This document shows, in pieces, positions 24,951 through 32,000 of a stretch of DNA of 32,000 nt. The DNA lies in assembly GCA_964565725.1 (NCBI GenBank), contig CAZMGA010000003.1:1-32000 (forward strand). The letters are read 5' to 3'. This stretch comes from an uncultured archaeon. GTDB taxonomy: Archaea > Iainarchaeota > Iainarchaeia > Iainarchaeales > 0-14-0-20-30-16. The position numbers and the translations under genes were made by a program. The notes under the pieces are model-generated. The model was not told where the DNA came from and made no database searches. It saw only the letters and a program-made list of their open reading frames with translations. Each line of letters begins with the position of its first letter. Within the stretch, counting starts at the first letter, position 1.

Positions 24951-27239
24951 TTATTTTATGTTAATTTCTGTAGCACTATCTAAATCTTTATTTCTTTCAA
25001 CATAAATTATATTTTTTGCATTGTTTTCTAGATTTATGTCGTGAGTAATTACAAATATTTGTTCTACAAATTTAGGCAAATATTGTGAAAACAAATCTGA
25101 TAAAAAAGATATACTTTTTTTATCTAAGTTGTGGGTTGGTTCATCTAAAACTAATAGATTTAATTTATTTTGCATTACTAAAGACATAGCTATTCTTAAT
25201 GTTAATGCTATTGCACTTCTTTCGCCTCCAGAAATAAATTCATCTAATTCTCTTTTATAATTATTATCAAATTCTAATTCAATCTTATAATCTCCATTAG
25301 AAATATTAAAAGAGATTTTATTAAAATCTTTATATGGATATATGTTTTGCCATAGCTCCATAAAAACAGCGTTTACACTTTTTACTACTAATTCTCTAAC
25401 TTGTTCTTGTGTTTTTTTTGCAACATTAGAAAATATTATTAAATCTTCAACGTATTTTTTTATGATGTTAATTTGTTTTTCAGTTTTATTTTTATTTAAA
25501 TATATTTGATTATATTGTTCTAGCTTAAATAATTCTTCTTTGTGTTGTTTTTCTTTTTCCAAAATAATTTCTTTTTTATATTTTGTTTCTGTTATAATTT
25601 TTTGTAATTCACTTTTAATTACTGCAAATTCTTCAGGATTATATTCAATTTTAGATAATTTTTCATTATTTATTATCAATTCATTTTTTATTTTTTCTAA
25701 ATCTTTTTGTTTGTTTTCATAATCATTTATTATTCTCAATTTATTTTCATAATTTTTAACACTGATATCTATATCTTTTAGTTCGTTTTGTATTTTTTCT
25801 AAATTTTCTTTAAAGTTTATTTCTAGTTTAATATTATTTTCTATTTCTGTTTTAAATTTATCTAAATCATTTATTTCTAATTTTGTTTTTTCATATATTT
25901 CTATATTTCTATTATAAAACTCTCTTAATTTATTTTTAGTATCATATGTTTTTTTTAATATTGTATAATTTTCTTTTTCTTTAATTATGTCTATTTCTAA
26001 TTGTTCTTTATTGGTTTTCTTTTTTATAAGAACTTCATTTTTATGATTTAAATTCAATTCTTGATTACATAATGGGCAATTTGCATCACTTTTTTCTAAT
26101 ATTTTTAAATCATTTTCCAAAGATTTAATTAATGTTTCATTTTTAGTAATAATTGTTCGCGAGTTTTCAATTTCTAAAACTAATTTATTAACTATATCGT
26201 TGATATCTTTTGGAATTTCTTTTAATAATTCATCCATTGTTTTAAAATCATTTTTTTTATTGTTTAATTCATTTAATTTATTTTGTAAAAACATACTTTT
26301 ACTTTTTAAATTATTATAATCTTGTTCTATTTTTAATTTATTTTTTGTATTTTCTTCTTTTATTTTTTTTAAATTATTATAATCTTGTTCTATTTTTAAT
26401 TTGTTTTCTTTTACTTCAAAGGTTTTTAATTCATTTTCTAAATAATTTTGTTTTCCTTTTAAATTGTTTATAGAATTGTTTAATAATTCAAATTCTTGTT
26501 TTTCTTTATTGATTTTTATTTCTAATTCTTTTTTTATTTCTAATTCTTTTTCTGTTTTTTCTAAATGTGTTTTTATAGTTTTTATTTCTTCATTAATTGT
26601 TTTAATTTTTATTTCAATATTGTCTTTATTGTAATTTTCTAATAATTTAGAATATTCATTTATTTTAATTTTTAAATCATCATATTTTATTTTTAGTCTG
26701 TTGCTTATTTGTCGCGCATTAACACTAATAGTATCATAAAAAGAAATGTCAAATAAATTATCAAATAAAATTTTTCTTTCATTTGCAGGTAATTTCAAAA
26801 AATAATCTATTGCATTTTGTTCAGCATAATTTGCTTTCATAAACAAATCTATATTTATTTTTAAGATGTTTTCAATTTCATCATTTACATCAGAAGGTTT
26901 TGGGCCCCTTATCAAATTATTATTTTTATATAATTTGGCTTGGCTACTTTTATTTAAAAATATATTTCTTTCTATTTTGTATAAATCATTATCGACATTG
27001 AATTCTAAAATTACTGTTGCTTCATTTTGTTGTAATGGTTTGCTCATTATTATATCTTTTACAGGAATTTTTTTTGATTTAATGTTTGGGGTTGTACCAA
27101 ATAATGCAAAAACTATTGCATCAAATATGCTTGTTTTCCCAGAACCAATATTTCCTACAATTACATTATAACCCGAGTTAAATAATATTTCACTTTGTTT
27201 ATGACTCTTCCAGTTTATTAAAATTAGTTTATTTAGCAT
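24951..27239 (-). CDS. rad50: Rad50 (SMC-like DNA double-strand-break repair ATPase)
   Basis: Walker A GNIGSGKTSIFDAIVFALFG. Long coiled coil with a central zinc hook CPLC (Cys388/Cys391 by codon count). Signature ISGGERSAIALTLRIAM, Walker B LLVLDEPTHNLD, H-loop VITHD. Confidence 0.88.
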   Translation of the reverse strand: MLNKLILINWKSHKQSEILFNSGYNVIVGNIGSGKTSIFDAIVFALFGTTPNIKSKKIPVKDIIMSKPLQQNEATVILEFNVDNDLYKIERNIFLNKSSQAKLYKNNNLIRGPKPSDVNDEIENILKINIDLFMKANYAEQNAIDYFLKLPANERKILFDNLFDISFYDTISVNARQISNRLKIKYDDLKIKINEYSKLLENYNKDNIEIKIKTINEEIKTIKTHLEKTEKELEIKKELEIKINKEKQEFELLNNSINNLKGKQNYLENELKTFEVKENKLKIEQDYNNLKKIKEENTKNKLKIEQDYNNLKSKSMFLQNKLNELNNKKNDFKTMDELLKEIPKDINDIVNKLVLEIENSRTIITKNETLIKSLENDLKILEKSDANCPLCNQELNLNHKNEVLIKKKTNKEQLEIDIIKEKENYTILKKTYDTKNKLREFYNRNIEIYEKTKLEINDLDKFKTEIENNIKLEINFKENLEKIQNELKDIDISVKNYENKLRIINDYENKQKDLEKIKNELIINNEKLSKIEYNPEEFAVIKSELQKIITETKYKKEIILEKEKQHKEELFKLEQYNQIYLNKNKTEKQINIIKKYVEDLIIFSNVAKKTQEQVRELVVKSVNAVFMELWQNIYPYKDFNKISFNISNGDYKIELEFDNNYKRELDEFISGGERSAIALTLRIAMSLVMQNKLNLLVLDEPTHNLDKKSISFLSDLFSQYLPKFVEQIFVITHDINLENNAKNIIYVERNKDLDSATEINIK
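26303..26402. repeat. 37-nt perfect direct repeat at 63-bp spacing inside the rad50 coiled coil
   Basis: tttttaaattattataatcttgttctatttttaattt occurs at 26303-26339 and 26366-26402. It encodes KLKIEQDYNNLK twice, 21 residues apart. Confidence 0.9.
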
Positions 27240-27263
27240 ATATTATAAATATTAAAAGTGTTT

Positions 27264-28106
27264 TTAAATATTAATATTTAATATGCCAAAAGCATATGCT
27301 GCTGCTTGATTTGCTCTTAAAGGTTCTGAACTTTTAGGTCCTAAATATATAGTTATATTACAATTATCTAAAGTTTCTTTTAATAACCCTCTATTTTCAT
27401 TTCCAAATAATAACATTATTTTATTATTGTTTATTTTCAATAATGTTTTTTCATTATTTTGTCCCCACAAACTAAAGCCTATTAAATAATAATCTTTTAT
27501 TTCATTTAAATTTTTAATAATTTTGTATTTGATTTTATTTGATTTAAATAATTTTTTTGCAGATGTTATTTCTTTATCAATATTGTTTTCATTTTTGAAA
27601 AAAACATCGCAATTTAAAGCAACACCTAATCTTAAAAAATCAGCAATTTCTTGAACATTATTTGAATTTTCCAATAATATACTAATATTTTTATTTTCTT
27701 TTATTTCTGAGATTATTCTTCCAATTCTACAATATGTTTTATTTAACCTAAATTTAGATTCTAAATATAATATTATACCTTTATTATCAAAATTATTTTT
27801 TCTTAAAAATCTATCCTCTATTGCTTTTTTGTGAAAATTTAAATCCTTTTTTATTTTTGTATTTATTTGTTTTATTTTGTATTTACTGATTTTATCTATT
27901 ATGTTAGAAATGGTATCTACTTCAAATTCATCATATAATTCTATTATTTGTGAAATACCATTAAAAAAATTAGGTTTTGAATAAAATAAAATATTTTTGT
28001 AATTCCAATCATCTATTTTATATTTTATGTTTTTTTGTTTTAATTGTTTTAAAATATTTTGAAATTCTTCGTTGGAAATATTTCTATTAATAGTTACTAA
28101 AAACAT
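27264..28106 (-). CDS. SPOUT (SpoU/TrmH-like) RNA methyltransferase-like protein with N-terminal extension
   Basis: The C-terminal MLLFGNENRGLLKETLDNCNITIYLG..SEPLRANQAAAYAFGIL resembles TrmH motifs 2 and 3. The N-terminal roughly 130 aa are unassigned. Confidence 0.45.
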   Translation of the reverse strand: MFLVTINRNISNEEFQNILKQLKQKNIKYKIDDWNYKNILFYSKPNFFNGISQIIELYDEFEVDTISNIIDKISKYKIKQINTKIKKDLNFHKKAIEDRFLRKNNFDNKGIILYLESKFRLNKTYCRIGRIISEIKENKNISILLENSNNVQEIADFLRLGVALNCDVFFKNENNIDKEITSAKKLFKSNKIKYKIIKNLNEIKDYYLIGFSLWGQNNEKTLLKINNNKIMLLFGNENRGLLKETLDNCNITIYLGPKSSEPLRANQAAAYAFGILNINI

Positions 28107-28110
28107 TTTA

Positions 28111-28875
28111 TCATCTAATATATGTCGGTTTAATGTCTTCTATGATTTCATTTGTGGTTGCTTTTTTTAATTCTTCTACAACTTTTTTAAAAGCTTTAGA
28201 TATTTTTTTTGCTTCGTTTTCTAAATCTTTTAAATTTATTTTAAATTTAAACTGTTTTTGTAATATTAATATTATTTCTTTTGCACTTTCAAAATCTCCA
28301 TATATTTTTGAAGATGTTTCTCCTAATAAGCAAATTGAAGGTATTTTTAATTTTTCACAATCAATTAAAGTTAAGCCAGCAATTCCAGAAATAGTTGTAT
28401 TTTTTGAAGGGTTATTTAATGTTTTTTCAATATCTTTTTTTTGAAAATAAGAATTAATTACATAAGTTATTTTTGGTTTTTTTGTAATTCTTGAATCTCC
28501 TATATTCATTCCTGCAAATGTGTATACTTTTTTAGCATTTATACTTTTGCAAAATTCAGAAATTTCTTTAGAAAACTTATAATGACTTTTAAATGCGATA
28601 GCATCATCTAAATCTGGTTGAAAATCTCCAGCTATAAATACAAAATCATTATTTTTATTTTTGTATGTGTAAATTTCGTCTCCATATTCTTTTATATTTC
28701 CTTTTTCATCAACAAAAATCATTGGTGGAAAATAATCTCCAACTATAGTGCCAATTTTTTTTGCTTTAAGTTCTTTAATTAAAGTATCTATAGTTATTTT
28801 ACCAACTAAACCAATTCCGGGCAAACCTATAAATACAATAGGATTATTTAATTTAGTATTTTTTAAAGTAATCAT
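28111..28875 (-). CDS. PAC2-family (proteasome assembly chaperone-like) protein
   Basis: NPIVFIGLPGIGLVGKITIDTLI near the N-terminus and overall length fit the archaeal PAC2 family. Start moved to ATG 28875, preceded by GGGAT-AAA and 1 nt after the aIF2-alpha stop. Confidence 0.55.
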   Translation of the reverse strand: MITLKNTKLNNPIVFIGLPGIGLVGKITIDTLIKELKAKKIGTIVGDYFPPMIFVDEKGNIKEYGDEIYTYKNKNNDFVFIAGDFQPDLDDAIAFKSHYKFSKEISEFCKSINAKKVYTFAGMNIGDSRITKKPKITYVINSYFQKKDIEKTLNNPSKNTTISGIAGLTLIDCEKLKIPSICLLGETSSKIYGDFESAKEIILILQKQFKFKINLKDLENEAKKISKAFKKVVEELKKATTNEIIEDIKPTYIR

Positions 28876-28876
28876 T

Positions 28877-29644
28877 TTATCCCTTAGCATTTCTTTTAAT
28901 TTCTATTGTGCCAATTTTCTTAAAATATTTTTCTAAATATTCATTTATTTTTGTTAAATATTTTTCAATTGTTTTGTAATCTTTTCCATGAGATTTTATT
29001 AAATACTTTCCATTTCCTATATATGTTATTTCTGTTTCTATACTTTTATCTATAGGCATTTCTTTAAAACCAATTTTAATTAAATCTAATCCATTTTCTT
29101 TTTCTGTTTCTATTCTAACAACTTCCAATATGTTTTTGTCATTTATTGTTATATTTTTATCTATTATTTTATATAAAGCATCTCTATATTCTTCAGGAAT
29201 TTCAGGAATATAATCTTTACCATATCTCTTTAAATCTTGAAATGCTTCAAAAACTGAATTATATTTTTCTAAAATTGGGTCTGTGATTTTAGACCAAATA
29301 TTATCTAAATTTTTGTTTAATTCGTTTGCAACCAATGTTAACAATTGTTGTACTCTTTTAGTTTGTCGCCATTCCGATAATGTTTGTTCTTCTTTTTGTT
29401 TTTGAACCATGGCAAAAGAACAATTTATTTGATTTTTTTCTCTATTTAAATATATCACTTTTGCAACTCTAATTTGTCCTATTTTTACAAAATTTCTAAT
29501 GTTTTTTATCCATCTTGCTGCAACTTGTGCTAAAGGAACAAATCCTGTTTCTCCAGGATATTCTTCTAATTTTACTTCTACACCATAATCGTAAATTTTT
29601 TCAACAGTTACAACTATGAATTCATCTTTTTCGGGCATATTCAT
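28877..29644 (-). CDS. eif2a: Translation initiation factor aIF2 alpha subunit
   Basis: N-terminal S1 domain EFIVVTVEKIYDYGVEVKLEEYPGETGFVPLAQVAARWIKNIRNFVKIGQ, followed by helical and alpha-beta domains of typical length. Confidence 0.85.
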   Translation of the reverse strand: MNMPEKDEFIVVTVEKIYDYGVEVKLEEYPGETGFVPLAQVAARWIKNIRNFVKIGQIRVAKVIYLNREKNQINCSFAMVQKQKEEQTLSEWRQTKRVQQLLTLVANELNKNLDNIWSKITDPILEKYNSVFEAFQDLKRYGKDYIPEIPEEYRDALYKIIDKNITINDKNILEVVRIETEKENGLDLIKIGFKEMPIDKSIETEITYIGNGKYLIKSHGKDYKTIEKYLTKINEYLEKYFKKIGTIEIKRNAKG

Positions 29645-29647
29645 ATT

Positions 29648-29652
29648 ATCAC
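29648..29652 (-). promoter_or_regulatory. Shine-Dalgarno-like GTGAT, 3 nt before the aIF2-alpha ATG
   Basis: The minus strand reads TAA-GTGAT-AAT-ATG; the TAA is the stop of the upstream GINS-like gene. Confidence 0.55.
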
Positions 29653-30195
29653 TTATATTATTTCTTTTCCTATATTTTTTTTAATAAAAATTTTAGCAAT
29701 TGATTCTATTATTTCAATTTCTTCATCTTTAGAATAAGGGCCATATTCTTTCATATCTGTGCCTATAAATTTAGGAATGTCTTGTAAAATTTTTAATTTA
29801 ATATTTTTTTGTATTTCTTCAGTTATTTTTTCTTCAAATGAAGATTTTACTAATTGTTGATAATTATATAACAAATTTACTAATTTATAATATATTTTTT
29901 GTTCTTCTAAAGTCATATTTTTTAAATCATCTTCACCATTTTTTGTTTTTAATATTGCTTTATTTAATATTTTCTTCTCTCTAGAATAGATTATGTCATC
30001 TAACATAGTTTTGATATTATTTATGTTTCTTACAATTCTGTCATCTAAACTTTTTTTTATGTCTGTTAATTTTGATTTTTCTGTTTCTATAAATTCTGGT
30101 AATTCATTAAAAAAATCATCTTCTATTTTTACTAAGTTTGGGGAATCTTTTTCTTGTCTATGAATTTTTCGTATTAATTCATATGATAATTTCAT
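29653..30195 (-). CDS. GINS subunit (Gins51/Gins15-like)
   Basis: 180 aa, helical. The N-terminus YELIRKIHRQEKDSPNLVKIEDDFFNELPEFI resembles the Sld5/Gins51 A-domain. The position immediately downstream of priS matches known archaeal priS-gins linkage. Confidence 0.5.
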   Translation of the reverse strand: MKLSYELIRKIHRQEKDSPNLVKIEDDFFNELPEFIETEKSKLTDIKKSLDDRIVRNINNIKTMLDDIIYSREKKILNKAILKTKNGEDDLKNMTLEEQKIYYKLVNLLYNYQQLVKSSFEEKITEEIQKNIKLKILQDIPKFIGTDMKEYGPYSKDEEIEIIESIAKIFIKKNIGKEII

Positions 30196-31408
30196 CTGCA
30201 GCCCCCCTAGCTAAAAAATATAATGCAATTGTTATAGGTAATTCTACAATTTCATCATTATAAGGTCCATATTGTATCCTATTTAATAATAATCTTGGAA
30301 CTTTTTTTAAATGAATCTTTAAAGTTTCTTCCTTTAGGGGTAATTTTGCATCACTAAATGGTTGAAAAGTATTTAATTCTTCAAAAGTTAATGATTTTGA
30401 TATTAACATAGCCCCACCATGAATTGTTTCGGGACATCTAATTATTTTGTGCATATCTATTGATGTTTGTTTATCTATATATAATTTTTGCAAATCCTTG
30501 ATTTTCTCTAATAAGGCATACCACAATTCTTCAGATTCGCTTTTTAATTTATATAATTTATTTTTTTCTAAAAGTTGTAAAATTTCTTGTTTATTCTTCA
30601 AAATTTTATTAATTACTGTTTTGGATGCTAAACCATCAAAATAATTTAATAATGTTTCTTCATTTGAATTTTCAATAATGCTTTTTAAATAATTTAAATA
30701 TTTTTGGGATTTGCCAATATTTTTTCCATTAAAATCTATACTACCTTTTTTATTTGAGACAAATCCAATTTCTTTAAAGTTTAAGTTTTCTTCTATAAAA
30801 TAGTCTAAAAGATCTAATCTTTCTGATTTTTTTAAATAGGCTATTTTTTCAGAAACTATTTTTGTGTGATATCCTTTATGACCTGAAAAAGTAAATTTTA
30901 TTTCATTATCTTCAAAATTAAATTCATGTGTTAAAATATTGTATAATTTTATTGTTTGTTTTTTTGTTGCTTCTAAACATTTATCACAAATCCATTCACT
31001 TATTTTTGTTTGACTATTACATTTTGGACATCGTCTTATGTTTCCTTGTCCCGATTCATTACATTTATCACAATACCAACTATCATGTATTTTTTTGCAA
31101 GGTGTTGGAATATCATCTGCATCATATTCTAATAAAAAATCACTTTTTATAATTTTTTTTTCTATTGTAGGAGTTTTGTCTGGATATTCGTATTGTGCCA
31201 TAGAATAAGACAAATAAAATGGAACTTTGGTTCTTAAAAAAGTATTTAAATCATAATTATCTTTAAAAGAAATATTTCTATTTGCAATTTTTCTATTATA
31301 AATTCCATATCCTATTTCTCTTTTTTCTATGTTATCAATAGTTATAAAGTTGTTGTTATAATATTCTTGAATTTTGCTTTTAAGATAATTTTCTATATTT
31401 ACAGGCAT
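30179..31408 (-). CDS. priS: DNA primase small (catalytic) subunit PriS with zinc-binding insertion
   Basis: Catalytic acidic motif LLEYDADD, FSGHKGYH (SGxRGxH type) and RCPETIHGG. Zn cluster CDKC..CPKC..CDKC. TATA-like TTTTATATAT (31429-31438) about 25 nt upstream with no SD. Confidence 0.8.
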   Translation of the reverse strand: MPVNIENYLKSKIQEYYNNNFITIDNIEKREIGYGIYNRKIANRNISFKDNYDLNTFLRTKVPFYLSYSMAQYEYPDKTPTIEKKIIKSDFLLEYDADDIPTPCKKIHDSWYCDKCNESGQGNIRRCPKCNSQTKISEWICDKCLEATKKQTIKLYNILTHEFNFEDNEIKFTFSGHKGYHTKIVSEKIAYLKKSERLDLLDYFIEENLNFKEIGFVSNKKGSIDFNGKNIGKSQKYLNYLKSIIENSNEETLLNYFDGLASKTVINKILKNKQEILQLLEKNKLYKLKSESEELWYALLEKIKDLQKLYIDKQTSIDMHKIIRCPETIHGGAMLISKSLTFEELNTFQPFSDAKLPLKEETLKIHLKKVPRLLLNRIQYGPYNDEIVELPITIALYFLARGAADEIII

Positions 31409-31492
31409 ATTATATATAATACTTAATAATATATAAAATTTGTTGTGCCTATTTTGCTTACATATTTAAAAATAAATCTCTTTTATTATAAT

Positions 31493-32000
31493 ATGATTAA
31501 AATTATTGCGACAATTGGTCCAAGTACTTTAGATTACAATATTTTAAAAGAAATTATTAAATTAGGAGTAGATATTGTAAGAATTAATACAAAATATGGA
31601 GATTTTAAACAATATTATAATATAATAGAAAATGTGAAGAAAATAAATTTAGAATTAAAAAGAAAATGTAAAGTTTTAATTGATGTTAAAAAGAAAAAAT
31701 CTTTAACCTGTCTTCAAAATATAAAATTTGATTATTTGGCAATTGCTTTTACTGATTCTGTTATAAAAATAAATGAGTATAAAAATAAACTAAATAATCC
31801 AAAAGTAAAAATTGTTTCAAAAATAGAAAATAAAAAAGGTCTAATTAATTTAAATGATATAATATTAAATTCTGATGCTTTAATGGTTGCAAGAGGGGAT
31901 TTAGGGAAGCATACCCCCTTACAAAAATTGCCTTTGAGACAAAAAGAAATAATTAAATTATGTAAAAAAAATAATTGTTTTGTTATTGTCGCTACAGAAA
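31493..32000 (+). CDS. pyk: Pyruvate kinase, N-terminal part (runs off the window end; not in the supplied ORF track)
   Basis: ATG 31493 translates as MIKIIATIGPSTLDYNILKEIIKLGVDIVRINTKYGD ... KIVSKIENKKGL..ALMVARGDLGKH..KLCKKNNCFVIVATE. TTTAAAAATA at 31465-31474 fits a leaderless-type promoter. Confidence 0.8.
   Translation, partial: MIKIIATIGPSTLDYNILKEIIKLGVDIVRINTKYGDFKQYYNIIENVKKINLELKRKCKVLIDVKKKKSLTCLQNIKFDYLAIAFTDSVIKINEYKNKLNNPKVKIVSKIENKKGLINLNDIILNSDALMVARGDLGKHTPLQKLPLRQKEIIKLCKKNNCFVIVATE

Noticed and set aside
27264-28106. The ORF upstream of rad50 as a divergent Mre11
   Set aside because: None of the calcineurin-like phosphoesterase motifs (DxH, GDxxD, GNHD/E, GHxH) is present. 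The C-terminus instead resembles SpoU/TrmH motifs.
3424-31152. Fifteen short ORFs in the supplied track that lie antisense inside confident genes (3424-3792, 7863-8093, 11109-11300, 14131-14367, 14740-15006, 18836-19027, 21504-21935, 22480-22704, 22766-23014, 25540-25722, 26866-27171, 28133-28444, 28748-28936, 30447-30644, 30928-31152)
   Set aside because: Each is fully or largely embedded opposite a gene with strong family motifs. Their translations are low-complexity L/F/I/S/K strings, typical of shadow frames in A/T-rich DNA. None has an SD-like or TATA-like signal.
1-32000. CRISPR arrays, transposases/integrases, prophage genes, rRNA or other structured RNA genes
   Set aside because: I saw no regularly spaced direct repeats and no recognisable recombinase or phage motifs in any ORF. 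The only GC-enriched, foldable non-coding segment is the tRNA at 4088-4259.

Overview
By eye (not computed) the window is roughly three-quarters or more A+T. It is almost fully coding and reads as archaeal under the standard genetic code. Archaeal markers include aIF2-alpha, aIF2-beta, aIF1A, family-B DNA polymerase, PriS primase, a GINS-like subunit, Rad50, HerA, type-2 methionine aminopeptidase, a Fap7/AK6-like kinase, a PAC2-like protein and an intron-containing tRNA. Very low GC, short divergent proteins and overlapping or abutting genes suggest a reduced DPANN-type episymbiont genome; this is inference, not proof. I call 31 protein genes, including one 3'-truncated pyruvate kinase missing from the ORF track, and one tRNA(CAU) with a 98-nt canonical-position intron. 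The only clearly accessory stretch is about 7.8-16.8 kb. It holds four tightly packed secreted or membrane-anchored adhesin-like genes (2x LamG, FN3-like, Cys-rich, Ig-like), then a HerA/FtsK-type ATPase with no NurA, a small kinase, and a fifth anchored surface protein. This island is my best candidate for an undescribed host-interaction system, but the HerA link is weakened by a TATA box of its own. Other points worth a second look:
- a TyrRS that looks strikingly eukaryote-like
- an RtcA-fold protein that appears to lack the cyclase nucleophile (Rcl1-like)
- a membrane-tethered Hjc-like nuclease
- an orphan rad50 carrying an in-frame three-heptad duplication
- a very regular G(G/T)GAT-N3-start ribosome-binding signal that revises several ORF-track starts

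I found no CRISPR array, transposase, integrase or rRNA.
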